NCBI GenBank assembly: GCA_964016885.1
Contig: OZ024747.1
Span: 35,712,001-35,776,000 of the forward strand
DNA: 64,000 nt
Reading direction: 5' to 3'
Origin: Eledone cirrhosa
Taxonomy: Eukaryota
Shown here: one piece after another, positions 26,800-39,569 of the stretch
Numbering within the stretch: position 1 is the first letter of the stretch
Layout of the letters: every line of letters begins with the position of its first letter
Program-made: the position numbers and the translations under genes
The notes under the pieces: model-generated
Databases searched by the model: none
What the model saw: the letters and a program-made list of their open reading frames with translations, nothing else
Told to the model about the DNA's origin: nothing

Positions 26800-29584
26800 C
26801 GGGATAAAAATCTGCAAATGGATTGCGTAAGCTCATGCAGCGCTCGCGTAATGGAGAGATTGCATGCTTTCCAACAGACAAGTCTTGCAGAATGTCAGTT
26901 GACAGTCTGTCAAACGACATCCAGGCAATGCAACCCCATATCACTAACACAAGAGAAGTAACACCAAAAGACCATGAGTATAGGGAGAACACTCTCAATG
27001 CCCATATGATTATGTGGAGAAACATAATTGTTTCTACTTTAGGCACAAGGCCAGCAATTACCCAGTGCATTACTGGTACTTTATTTTATCGACCCCGTAA
27101 GGATGAAAGGCAAAGTCAACCTCGGCGGGATTTGAACTCAGATCGTAAAGGGACGTTACTATGCTGGAAAGCATGACGTCCGACCCTCTACTGATACTGC
27201 CAATCCACAATGCAGCCCAATAAAAGGACTGCGAACAACTTCCAGGCCTGGAACAATGACGCGCCAGCGTTGTATGGGCTTTGAAAAGACCAAAATACGA
27301 ACAGTGACCCTGTTACAGGACCACCACAACGGCCAGTCTGTGGAGCTAACACTGGTAGTAACTTCAGACTTTCCTACTTCCTCTCCCTGATCATACGACC
27401 CATCATTGAAATGTCCCCAGATATATGTGACAACACGGCGGACCTTCTCAGCAGAATCAGCGAAAATAACCGATATAGGGACCTAACAGACTGTATAATA
27501 GGTAGTATGGATGTTGTGTCCCTATATCCATTCATTGACGTGGATTTTGCTGTGGAGAAATGCGTAGAAATGATCAGTGAGAACAATCTTGAATTCCGTG
27601 GCATTGATACCAGTGAGCTGGGACTCCTACTTAAACTTACCTATAGTAATGATTATCTAGATACATATGACCTTAGCAACCTGTGCCCTACAAGACCAAC
27701 AAGAAGCAGACCACCTACAATTACCTCAATGGCCAAGAAAACACACACAAAAAGATGGAACGGTTGGACCAGACCCATACAGACCCCGAAAACTACGATG
27801 AACTAAAGAAAATGATTGCACATGCGGTGGGGGTGAGTATATACTAACCCTTAAGGAACATATGTTCAAATTTAATCGAAAAACATATGCCCAAGAGGAA
27901 GAAGCAGCCATTGCAGGTGACATAGCTAACCTATTCATGGTATGGTGGGACAGTAGACTTAAACTTAAACTTAAAGAACAATTAGAAGACAGCAACCCCT
28001 TAACCTTGATAATGTACTCCCGCTACGTTGATGATATAAACATCGTAGTAAAAACACGCCCACTAGAGAACAGTCAGGAATAAGAGAAAGACACCATGCA
28101 AAGCATCCAGCAAATAGCTAACACCATCCACCAGAGTATTAGAGTTACTATAGACTACCCAAGCAAACTCACTTACCATCGACTACCTGTACTAGACACA
28201 GATCTCTGGTTAGAAACCATTAATAACAAAAAACAAATCCTCCATTCGCATTATGCCAAACCCATGATTTCCAAATATCTGATCCACCGAAACTCAGCTG
28301 TTTCGGATGACACCAATATCAACATACTGATTGCGGATTTGGTACGGGTGATGAGAAACGTGTCCCGCATGTGCAACCCCAAAGAACTTCATCCACCGTA
28401 TGCAGTTCTCTGGTTACAACCAGAGAGATAAAATCAGAGTACATAGAGGAGCCAGAACCAAATGGGAAAAAATGGTAAATAATGATACAAATGGGACCTG
28501 CCACTTGTATAGGAGCAAATGTTGGAATTTTATAGAAAGAACTAGTAATAAGGTTAATAGAATAAATTCACGGTATGATAGCAATAAATACCAGAGTGTA
28601 ATGTTCATCAATAAAACCCCTAGAGGTGAATTAGCTTAAAAATTTAAAAGGGCCCTAGATAAACATAAACTTAATATTAAGATAGTAGAAAGACCAGGTA
28701 CCTCCATAAAAACACATATTAGCAATACGTACCCTTTTCAAAGACCTCCCTGTATAGATAATAAATGCATAATCGGTAAACTAAGCCCCCATATTAACTG
28801 TAAAACTAGAAACATAGTATATAGCATAAGATGTACTGAACGACAATGTAAAGATAAGAATATAGTGTACATAGTTGAGACAGCTCGTAGTATAGGAGAA
28901 CGGTTAAATGAACACTGGCGAGAACTTCAAGATAAAACAGAATCATCAATACTCCACCAACATGCTAAAATAGAACATAAGCGCAAATTAGAGAACATAG
29001 AAATAAAAATAGAATCTACACACAGAAAAGACGCAATGTTTAGACAAATCACAGAGGCAATAAACGTAAATGAACTCCAACCAAAAATAAATAGAAAACA
29101 TGAATGGAATAGCAACATCACAACTTACAAATAAGGACAAAATGAAAACGCACACACACATAGAACAAACAACTAACTAGTTACATGTAAGTAAGCAAAT
29201 ATATAAACAAATAAAAACACACACACACACCCGGATGTAACGCATGCGCAAACTAAGCACACAACACACACACACACAAGATGGCATAGGACAGAACAAA
29301 GGTGAGACACAAATCAAAGAAAAGAATCCCAGTTACTGAAGAGGTCATACAATGTGTGACGAAAGAATTTTGACAATATATGAACAACCCTCCGGTTATG
29401 GAATCAACCAACCAACCGGAAATTTATAAATTCTTAAATTTATAAATTTAATTTATAATAAATTGGAGTGAAAGCAACTAGTGGGTGTGTTTCTTATTGG
29501 CAACATGTCCCTCCGAAAGCATAACAATATCGGTTTCAACACACGTTTTCAGATAAATAATCTTGCTAAACACATTCAGAAACG

Positions 29585-29585
<1 letters not shown>
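26800..29585 (+). mobile_element. Decayed Penelope-like element (RT plus GIY-YIG; clade unassigned)
   Basis: PTDKS, RPVCGA, GSMDVVSLYP, RYVDD, DYPS..LPVLD, HYAKPM, SGY, NIVYSIRC, YIVETARSIGERLNEH. Many stops and frameshifts. Decayed HHR at 29336-29372 (CTGAAGA-G-GTCATAC/GTGTGAC-GAAA). Confidence 0.9.
27026..27208 (-). mobile_element. SINE inserted into the PLE ORF
   Basis: SINE reverse complement interrupts the RT N-terminal frame. Confidence 0.85.
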
Positions 29586-29620
<35 letters not shown>

Positions 29621-29624
<4 letters not shown>

Positions 29625-31813
29625 TAAAATAACAGATTAAAGTTTAAGCAAAGAATCGCTGCTTTCCCCGTAAGGGGGTCTTCTGAAACTAACAAAGTCA
29701 ATCTGTAATCGCAGAACTGGATATTTCAAAAAACGTTGCAACTGGAGGAAGACAGGAAGACGATACTTTGGTTCGTGGAAACGTTCGCTGGCTAAGAACG
29801 GGAAAAACGAATATAATACGTCATTAATAGGAGCGGTGAAAAACAATTACGCGCAAAGACAGAACGACGTTTATGGTATAAAAGAGGTCGTAGACTAATG
29901 TTCCCTTAGGTGGTGCATAGAGACGTTCTCTTTCAATGAACGAAAATAAACGAAGAAAATACGTCATATGTGGAGCGTGGAGAACAATAGCACGCAAAGA
30001 CGAAACCACGTAAATGGTATAGCAGAAGTCGTAGACTAAATGCTAACTAGGAGACCGAATGAATCTCCGCTACGGAGTTAAGAACAAAGTAAATAAATAC
30101 AATACAGAAGTAATAGAAATAAATAAATACATACACGCAAACAAATACGTACATACACAAGCATACACAAAAACTTACCAGAGGTAAACAAAACCACGTA
30201 CATATAAATATGTGTGTGTGTCTAAGCGTGTATACAAATAAATAAATAATTATATAAACGTATGTAAATAAATAAATACGTATATAGCAAGCGCACACTC
30301 ATACCTACATGTAAATACACGAATGTTCGGAGACGTAAGTCAACCAAAACATGAAGTACACATATACACACGCCCTACATACGTACGAACCTGCATACTC
30401 ACACAGACGCAAAACTCCCGTATACACATAGCCGAACCATATGTACCAGAATATATAAAAAATGTATACGCCATAACAATCAAATATACGTACGAGAAGG
30501 TATACGTACCTTCACAAAACATACGGATAATATATACTTACTATGCAAATAAGTAAAGGTATAAACAAAACATATACTTAGCTCCCACACCGAGACGTAA
30601 AATATCCACGTATAGATCGTACTTTCCGTTAGGGTATAACGTGGGGCTGCAATACAGGAAAGTTTTGTGCAATTTATGTTTACAAGCCGAAATTGCCTCA
30701 GATTTTTTGTTTAAGATGTGGTCTGTGGCGTAGAGTATTTCCAGGGCCTCAGCGGCGCAGGGGTCACATGGTCTTTTATTTCCGTTATACGTTCTAGCCC
30801 TAGCTAGGATCTCCCAGTGTAACTTATATTGGGTGTGGTTGTCTTTTAGACTCTAGATATAAGCTGAAAGTGACGTCATATTCCTTCATAGAGGGTAACA
30901 AAAAGAATGGGTATCCATGTAAAGACGCTGCTTGAATCTATTGGCGGTTAACCCTATGTAGGCCCTACGGGACGGGGGTGTTACAACCTTACATTTGTAG
31001 ACAATGTTACTAGAGAGGCACAGCCCGGATAAGGGGCAATCAACCCGATTCCTACAATTACAGTTAGTACTAGCTACAGGGTTGCACGTGTTCCTACGGC
31101 TAGGTAGTTTAGCTAAATTTGAAGCTGTGATGTTATGTGCAAGGTTAGGAGTCGTAGAGTAAGAAATGTTAATAGTATTTCTATTAAAGATTTTACTATA
31201 TTTATGTGTAGGGGGAAAATGCTTCGTAATAAGGGAAAGATAGATCTTAGCTAATGGTGTGGCCACCTCCATATTATATGGTGGGTTATACCAACAAATA
31301 CGACGGGATCTATTTCTTCTAGGTCTATTTTCGTACTCTGTATATGCTACCTTATCGACAAATCCACTTCGAGCAAGAGCTTCATTGTAATAAGTGGAAT
31401 GGTCGTTGAAAATACGCTCGTTGGTGGAAAGACGGGAAAGCCTCAACGAAACGTTTCTTACCAGGTTCTTGGTTCTGCTGTCAGGATGGTTGGAATGCTT
31501 ACTTATGTAATTAAGCGTATCATTCGGCTTTCTATACGGGTAATACAATCCATTCAATAAGTTGAGGGTAACGTCGAGGTAATTAACGACCGAGAGATTG
31601 GCCTCAACCTGTAAAGAGAGGTTGAAGCCTTTAAAGAAGGACGTGAGTTCTTTTCTGAACCTATCGCAAGCACGAGGTCCGCACTTAGTCATGGTCAAAA
31701 GACCATCGTCACGGTACAAACCACCGCCCGCGTTGGGGAATTCGTCCTTTTGATATATATTTATCCTTATCCAGCCCTCTTTGGATTTTAGTCTTCAAAT
31801 TTATTATTATTAC
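29621..31813 (-). mobile_element. 5'-truncated Naiad-type PLE, apparently with the family Y pseudo-LTR
   Basis: ORF remnant 31750-30615: YRDDGL, YLDVTLNL, YRKPN, SNHP, WYNPPY, CNC..CPL.G.CL, YIG, CxxC..E, LNKKSE...CKH. Family Y HHR at 29641-29691 and inverted Y piece at 31751-31813. Confidence 0.85.
30886..31719 (-). pseudogene. Naiad-type RT C-terminus plus GIY-YIG
   Basis: 277-aa ORF; the same frame continues past two point-mutation stops to ~30615. Confidence 0.85.
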
Positions 31814-31884
<71 letters not shown>

Positions 31885-33058
31885 GGGTGGGTGCGTGTGC
31901 GTTTGACAGGCGCCTTCAATTTCTTCGTTTCCATTTGCTAAATTTCACTTACAATAGTCACACAGCCACACTGATACCAAATCCATGTGGCTATAATGCG
32001 CCCTCCCCTTCCCCCTTTTATTCTGAAAATATGATTTATATATGGTGGATGTGTTTTGTGTTAATTTGTAGATATCATTTGAGTGACGAATATTGGGTAG
32101 AGAGAGAGCCTAGTTTGATCTGCATAACATGGTGTATCGGGATATTACATTAGGTAACTTATTATTATTCCTAGAGAGAAAGGTTTGAGTGGTATCACGG
32201 AATGTAGTTGCACACTGTACTGAATGCTATATATGGGGGCATGCGTATGTAAATTTATTCATAGAATTTATACGACTGAACATTCATCCCATGGACATAA
32301 TTGTAGATCGGAAGCCTATACAAACTTGTCTAGCACTCAGATTGTGAGAGGTTAATCGGGCGGCTTTACAAAAGGAAGGTAGATTACAGAAAGACCATTA
32401 TCTTTCAACGTTCACATTAGAGAATAATGAATCCATTTCCATTCGGACATTCATATTATTTGGTAAATATTAGATACAAAAGCCTTGCGTACATGAAGGC
32501 ACACACACATGCAACAAATAAAAACAATCACCTGCCAGGTAATATATATGACAATCACCTAGCATGTATATGCATATGGCAATCACGTGGCAGTTATATG
32601 TATATGACAATCCACCCCCAAAAGACTACCTGTCCAAACCATTTACCGAATGTAGATAAAAAATTGAAAAGTATCTCCCCACAAGAAATATGGACACTAT
32701 ACGACATATGTAGGAGTAGAGAGATCAATGTTGAATTCTGGCAGCCAGAGTGTCAAGGGTTGGCTCACCGACTACTCGCTACTCAGATTGCAGGTTTATG
32801 ATGGTGAGAATAATGACTATATGTGTAGTTTTGTGAATGATGTGGTAACATGTATACTAAATCAACGTAAATATAAATAGCTTTCGAAAGTATAATATAT
32901 TTTCCGTGACTGATGAAAGATTCATATTTTATAACGTTGAGAAAACAGAAGCCGCTTACATGTGAGAGACTTCTGAAGTTATAAAACATTAATATGACAT
33001 AGTTTCATTTCTAAACCTTTTTATTTACTCGATGTAATCCACATGAATAAATTATTAC

Positions 33059-33083
33059 CTTGTTTTTCCAGAGAGTTGCTTAC
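33059..33083 (-). CDS. Candidate 25-nt microexon or recursive splice site
   Basis: attattttcag|GTAAGCAACTCTCTGGAAAAACAAG|gtaata; one reading is phase-compatible with the 23717 exon. Confidence 0.35.
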
Positions 33084-33263
33084 CTGAAAATAATATTTAG
33101 AAATTAAAATATAAATACATGCAATTTTTTTAAAACTCCATCATTACTGATGAAACAAGCAACTCAAGTTTAATGATTTTTTTCAAAACATATGGAGGAA
33201 AACAAAATGATTCATTAACGGAAAGTTACAATGAATTATTTGATTCCTTCCTATATATATAAA

Positions 33264-33335
<72 letters not shown>

Positions 33336-33520
33336 TGTGTGTGAGGTTAAATATTTCCGTAGAAAATATAAGGGAAAAAAGAGTGCTCTATGTATAGAAC
33401 AGAGCCATTTAACTAGAAAGTGAACATTACCAATGGTTTCAGGACCCTAGACAATATTAACATAACATATGTCTAGATCGTTCTATATATTTTGTTCACA
33501 CACTTATTCATGAGACCGTC

Positions 33521-33590
<70 letters not shown>

Positions 33591-33597
33591 AATTAGT

Positions 33598-34354
33598 ATA
33601 TCTAGTAACATATATATACACAGATGCATACTTATGTTAGCAAATATATAGGATTTGTCTTAGTAACTATGTGGTTCAATGCATGGGGTAGCAGAACAAT
33701 AATATGAGAGACGTAAAATAAGAAAATTATAAAATTAACTTACTTACTTAAATTTCACTCACATGCTAACATAAGTATGCATCTGTTGGGAGTGAAATTT
33801 AAGTAAGTAAGTTAATTTTATAATTTTCTTATTTTACGTCTCTCATATTATTGTTCTGCTACCCCATGCATTGAACCACATAGTTACTAAGACAAAACCT
33901 ATATATTTGCTAACATAAGTATGCATCTGTGTATATATATGTTACTAGATAATTCATTATAATTATCTCCAAAATTATTTGTCGAGCAAAAATGGCCAAA
34001 GCTGCTGCTATAGTAAAAATACGGCTGCTGTCTTACTAACAAACCACTACCCACTGATTGACCTCGATGTCACGTGATTTATTCTCTTGAATATGCCGCC
34101 GACGCAGTAGGCAGTGATTTTATCAATGGCTTGGAATTAGTCCTCGCTTTGCTTTTTCCATCCACTGAATTATTTTTGTATAAGTTCGCTGTGTCCACGT
34201 ATTGCATGGAAACTTAGCTGAGAATAGACATCCCTGATGACGAAAGGCTTCTCCGTGCTCTCTTCGGATAGTACGTTTAATCCCTTTCAGAAATTAATTA
34301 GATGGGAGTGCAATTTAAGTAAGTAAGTTAATTTTATAATTTTCTTATTTTACG

Positions 34355-34358
<4 letters not shown>
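33598..34358 (+). mobile_element. Non-coding retrozyme-like element: inverted copy plus ~1.1 copies of a 516-nt monomer
   Basis: 33598-33760 = rc(33790-33951). Direct repeat at 33787 vs 34303. (TA)n flanks. Confidence 0.8.
34229..34304 (+). ncRNA. Type I hammerhead motif, slightly decayed
   Basis: CATC(C)-CTGATGA-(C)GAAAGG/CCTTTC(A)-GAAA-TTAA-TT-(A)GATG, palindromic stem III. Confidence 0.65.
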
Positions 34359-34392
<34 letters not shown>

Positions 34393-34395
<3 letters not shown>

Positions 34396-34578
34396 TGAGA
34401 TTCTACAGGACTAGAACTGTTTCATTCATTAGAAATCATCAGGAGATTCCTGATGATTTCTAATGAATGAAACAGTTCTAGTCCTGTAGAATCTCATCTA
34501 TATTAAAACTTTTATACTCTGCTATGTATTGAGTACCTTACTTACTGTCGTTACCTCCGATTCAACCCGGAATAACGT
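34393..34578. repeat. Fold-back of an HHR-containing pseudo-LTR fragment
   Basis: Palindrome 34393-34499 centred near 34446. Each arm reads CTGATGA-TTTCTAATGAAT-GAAA-CAGTTCTAG-TC. Confidence 0.75.
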
Positions 34579-34725
34579 ATATATATATATATATTACATA
34601 TAAGTACATTGTATAAGTAACACTGTATTTAATTAAGCAATTTATTTTCGCAAGTGAACCTGAGTATGAGTAACATGAATTCTTTGATATTTACTTATTA
34701 ATCACATCTTCTCTATTATACTGAC

Positions 34726-35121
34726 ATTGGCAGTATCGGTAGAGGGTCGGACGCCATGTCTTCCAGCATAGTTACGTCCCTTTACGATCTGAGTTCAAAT
34801 CCCGCCGAGGTTGACTTTGCCTTTCATCATTACGGGTTCGATAAAATAAAGTACCAGTAATGCACTGGTTAATTGCTGGCCTTGTGTCTAAAGTAGAAAC
34901 AATTATAATCTGAAAAGAAAAATGGTCGGATTGGCAGTATCGGTAGAGGGTCGGATGCCATGATTTGCAGCATAGAGTTACGGCCCTTTACGATCTGAGT
35001 TCAAATCACACCAAGATTAAATTTGCCTTTCATCCTTACGTGGCCGATGAAATAAAGTACCAGTAATGCACTGGGTTAATTGCTGGCCTAGTGCTAAAAG
35101 CGGAAACAATTATGATCTGAA
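34726..35121 (+). mobile_element. Two tandem SINE copies
   Basis: 34726-34904 and 34928-35111, each followed by tat(a/g)atctgaaa. Confidence 0.85.
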
Positions 35122-35324
35122 ACAAATATATGTTTCTCAGATCAAATCTTTGAATAATACATCAGAGTAAGAATTGGTAATGTTCTTCCTCATATCAAGA
35201 ATTTGAAGACATATATATAAATTGTCCTAGCCCAAATTTCTTTCGAATATTGTTAGACTCTTCTATGCCAGGTATCCAGTACTTTGTTTTAAAATGGTCT
35301 TGCAAGTTTAATGGTTTTTAAAAC

Positions 35325-35425
<101 letters not shown>

Positions 35426-35497
35426 ATATATAGATATGTATATATATATATAGAGAGAGAGATTACAGTAATCAAAGTTCAGTTTAAGTCATTTATT

Positions 35498-35544
35498 TGC
35501 TTACAATTGTTTCCTCCAAACCGAGGTTTGGATTCTTCGGAGCA
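35498..35544 (-). ncRNA. Minimal hammerhead motif with CCGAAGA core (second copy 40855-40901 +)
   Basis: TGCT-CCGAAGA-(A)TCCAAAC/GTTTGGA(G)-GAAA-CAATTG-TA-AGCA, palindromic stem III ACAATTGT. Confidence 0.65.
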
Positions 35545-37071
35545 GTTATTTATAACATACTTGACCTCCTTTTCAACCCAAGAGACACATAAAACATATG
35601 CGCATATTGATCAACAGTGGGGTGACATTCATCAAATGAAATAGCATGGCAATTTACATATAAAGTGTTACATGATAAAAATAAAATAAAATAAAAGCAA
35701 GAGTGAAAACAAAGATAAACATGAAGCGTTGGCAGTCTATGAAGATAAAGCAAGAGGAAAGCTTAGAGTAGTCAGTGCATGAAGCAATCTCCCGTGTAGC
35801 ATGCACGCTTGTCTTATCTATACATGATTAGAGTGCGTCAGAATGATATTTGCAGGGTCATGCAGTTGAAGCAGGCAATTGATCTTATAATATATGCTGA
35901 ATTATTAAGTCATTTATTCTCATACATCTGTATGATATACAGTCTCGGATGCGGGGAAACACCAAAATATCAAAAACCTTCAACATACTATAAACCTTAT
36001 TGTATCGTAGGCAAGGTCGTACCACTGTCCTTGCTCACACCACCACTCACATAATCCATGAGACGCAATATATATATAGAGAACATGCGTCTATCGTATA
36101 ATTCGCAGTGGTTCAGCATATAGTCAAGCTATAAACGGTATCCAGTCGGTTCTTAATTAATATATCATGCTGTCCAAATTCCGGAAGTGCCTGAATGATT
36201 AAGGGGAACTAATGCGTAAGGGGAGGTAACTAGCTAGTTATTTTAGTTACATTACTATGCTAAACTACATTAATGGTGATTCAAATACGTGCCTATCATG
36301 TGAAGTTATAACTAATATCTAGAGTATGGTACCCATTTATAAGTTAGAGAGTTGTTCATTAAGAAGTACAAGGGTGTATATACTAGGATGATTGCCAACC
36401 AATAATTAAGGGGTGTCATATCTGAACGTTCTATAAGAGGAGTCGGACTCTCAAGTCACTGCTCAATGCAAATGTAATACAACAGTAGGACCTGGTATGG
36501 TCCCACTATTATATATGTCACCCGGTAGGCTCCGGGTCATTGCTTGCCTGCATTTCCAGTAAATCTTCGGTATGGTTCGGAGATCCGATCTCTCATATAA
36601 ACTAGTCTGGCCATCAGGTAATAGACAACCCCCGTCTCAAATATAAATCAATTATGTATCACATCTCCAAGCTAGAGTGGAGTCTATTAATAGGTATTAA
36701 AGGAGTCCACATCAAGATGATTACGCGCATAATTCAATGAACTGATCGCTTACAGTATATACTCACTTAACAATACGATTAGTTATCTAATCATCAATCT
36801 ATCTCTTGGTGGTAATCCATGCATAGGACTATGCTATCACAACCAGTACCGTGTCCCCAGTTTATACTAATCTTATATTTGTGCAATGCAGAATAAGTAG
36901 TTCACGGTCGGTATATCGGTATTAGATGTACAAGGGGGTATTCCCAAGGTAGGTGGCACTCAAATGCTGTCAGTATTATCTTTAGAGTATAGAGATGGGT
37001 GTGGATGTGGGGTGTAAGGTGTGCTACTGATGTTAATTGCTAGGGGTGGTGCCGGTTCCAGTCTGACATTA

Positions 37072-37750
37072 TTATATATAGGGTTTAAAGTTTTGGAACG
37101 AGTGTCGGAAGCGGTGTTGGCAATTTGCGAACACTTCTGATTTTTTATTAAGGAGATTACGTTTAGAGAATATGATAGTATGGGTCTCTACTAGACAGAG
37201 GTTACAAAATTGATCAGGTGGTTTGTACGATGTTGCACTACCTACCACTTCCCATTTAAGTGTATATATTTTATTTTTAGTTTTTAGATAGTGTATGTAG
37301 CTAGATAGTGAAGTGGAGTTGGCTAGACTGTGTTTTTTGAAAGAGTGGAGGTGCGAATTGTATCTAGTTTTGAAGCAGTTAGAAGTGGAGCCTATGTAGG
37401 TTTCAGAAGAGCTGTTAGTTGTGACTGTACATGAGTATATGATATCCTTGGTTAAGCATTTTTTTTTTTTTTTTTTTTTATCTAAAGGGCAGGTTCTACT
37501 TGATCTACAGTTACAATTACTCTGGGTGCTAGTCTGCCGGTTACTATGCTGTGTAGAAGTTTGGAGGTTAGCTATAGGGTTATGGTTATGCGGGTTGTGG
37601 TACGCAGCGTTAATGTTTACACTAGTGCTATTACTACTAATTCCATTGATATTACGGTTATTTGTTATAATGTTACTTTGACTGTCATTATGAATGTTAT
37701 TTTGAAGGTTTATCGACCGTTGTGATTTAGTTTGTTGGAAGTAAGAATTA
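37072..37750 (-). pseudogene. Asn-rich linker plus GIY-YIG endonuclease of the same element, one frameshift from RT
   Basis: Manual translation: CNCRSSRTCPLD..CLTKDIIYSC...TYIGST...FKTRYNSH...CNLCLVE...LLNKKSE...CQH. The shift lies in or near the A-run at ~37751-37758. Confidence 0.85.
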
Positions 37751-39569
37751 TTTTTTTTATTTTATTAGTACTAGCTATGTGGTATGCTAAGTTAGGCGTA
37801 GTAGAGTATGAGATCTTAATAGTGTTTTTGTTTAAAAGGCCTTGGTACCTGTGGCCGGATGGGAAGTGTTTATCTAGTAGTGAGAAGAAAGCCCTAGGAA
37901 GGTTGGTAGAGACGTTTAAATTGAAAGCAGGGTTGAAAAATGTATTATTTCTTCTTCTATTTCTGTTTTTTATGTCTGGTGATTTGTTTCCTTTAATGTT
38001 CCTATGGTCAATTCTGTGGTGCGGGTTACTCTTGTTGTTACAATTCCTATTAGTGTGTGTGCAGTTGCTATTCTTATTATTAAATTTTCCCATGGACATG
38101 TGTGAAATGATGTTGTAGCTATGTGTTTTTGTAGATAGGAACTCTATCCCTGTATTATGGCCTGATCTAGCTAATGCCTGATTATAATACTGCGAGTTAT
38201 TGTTAAATGTGTTTATGTCATAGGATAGATTAGAGATTCTATTAGATACTCCCTTAGAGATAGAGTTCAATATAGATTTAGGGTGGTTAGACTTGGTATC
38301 TACGTAGATGAGTTTTTCATTAGGTTTGTGGAAAGGTGCATATATCATTGAGTCTAAGTAGAGTGTGGCGTCTAGGAAGTTGACGTTTTTGGTGTTTTTG
38401 TCCATGGTAATACTAAGGTTAAAGTTTTTGAATGTTTTGTGCAATAGTTTTCTAGTCCTTTCTATATTGAATTTTTTATAGTCTATGAGTAGAAGTGCAT
38501 CATCGCGATACAAACCACCGCTGAGGTACGGAAGTTCCCTGTGGATTAGGTTAAGTAAGTATAGGCCAACCAGATCAGTGACCTGCGCCGAGTCACTAGA
38601 CCCCATAGTAATGTCGAAGTTGTTTTGCGTATCCTTGCGGGTCCATAATTGGTCCTCAAAGGTGATTATTGTTTTACGGGCCGCAAGTATGACATCAATC
38701 TGGGGTCTAGTCAAGTCACTATTGTCCATGGCCATTATAAGTGCCTTATTTAGTAGGATAGGGTAAATAGAGGTGTAGTAAGAGTTGATATCAAATTGTA
38801 TACATTTTTTATCCTTGTTATCTATTATATTTTTTAACCATTCAATCACTTCACCCGTATTTCCCCATTGCTTAAGGTAAATCTTGTGTTTAATCTGTGG
38901 GATGATTTTGTCTAGGATTTTTTTACTGATAATGCCAATGTCAGACCTGGAGGGGCAGATTAGTCTAATCGAGGGGTTGCTAATGAAGTCTACCTTATGG
39001 TCCTTCAGAGAGAATCTATGGGGGTTTGGGGTGTAATGTTGTGTATGTCTCTGGAGCCCTAGTTTGGATACTATATTATAGTCTTCCATATTAATATCTT
39101 CTAAGTTTTTCATAGTGTTTTTTTTGTAGTTTTTATGTAGTTCATTATATATAAACTTTCTATACGTATTATAATCTAGGCTGTATATGTTATTAGTCTT
39201 GTCGGCATGTACAACAATTTTACTACTAGATTTGAAGTCATTAATAGAGGTGCTAAGTTTGTTTAAGAAGGTGTTGTTTTTATTATGGTGTTTTTTGTAT
39301 TTAATGTTTTTAACTAGTTTAATTAGGTCGTTTTCGAAGAGGTTTAATAGTGTGTTATGAGGGGGGCTTCTAAATGTTTTAAAGCCGAAGGAGTCAAATT
39401 TGTTGGTGTTATTATCCTTGCCAGATTTGTTTCTATCATAATGGAATGTCCTCCATCTCACTCTATTGATAAAGGAGTTTACACTGTTGATCAACAACTT
39501 TTCATGTGTATTTTTGGTTGGTAAAGGTATGTTCTTGGTTGACATAGGGAGTTGGTCTTTGATCAGCAT
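37710..39569 (-). CDS. Naiad-type PLE reverse transcriptase
   Basis: KNIP, RVRW, ADKTNNIY, LKDHK, RLICP, QFDINSYY, MGSSDSAQVTDLVG, YRDD, FLD, SNHP, FNPAF. Confidence 0.9.
   Translation of the reverse strand: MLIKDQLPMSTKNIPLPTKNTHEKLLINSVNSFINRVRWRTFHYDRNKSGKDNNTNKFDSFGFKTFRSPPHNTLLNLFENDLIKLVKNIKYKKHHNKNNTFLNKLSTSINDFKSSSKIVVHADKTNNIYSLDYNTYRKFIYNELHKNYKKNTMKNLEDINMEDYNIVSKLGLQRHTQHYTPNPHRFSLKDHKVDFISNPSIRLICPSRSDIGIISKKILDKIIPQIKHKIYLKQWGNTGEVIEWLKNIIDNKDKKCIQFDINSYYTSIYPILLNKALIMAMDNSDLTRPQIDVILAARKTIITFEDQLWTRKDTQNNFDITMGSSDSAQVTDLVGLYLLNLIHRELPYLSGGLYRDDALLLIDYKKFNIERTRKLLHKTFKNFNLSITMDKNTKNVNFLDATLYLDSMIYAPFHKPNEKLIYVDTKSNHPKSILNSISKGVSNRISNLSYDINTFNNNSQYYNQALARSGHNTGIEFLSTKTHSYNIISHMSMGKFNNKNSNCTHTNRNCNNKSNPHHRIDHRNIKGNKSPDIKNRNRRRNNTFFNPAFNLNVSTNLPRAFFSLLDKHFPSGHRYQGLLNKNTIKISYSTTPNLAYHIASTNKIKKIILTSNKLNHNGR

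Noticed and set aside
30886-30888. In-frame TGA in a Naiad ORF as selenocysteine (some Naiads encode selenoproteins)
   Set aside because: It aligns to Arg in the paralogue (PARRL), so it is CGA>TGA decay. A TAG follows 11 codons later, and the conserved Cys codons checked in all three Naiads are TGT/TGC.
35809-36054. 81-aa ORF duplicated identically at 40324-40569
   Set aside because: The identity just reflects the young inverted repeat; it has a non-ATG start and no recognisable motif.
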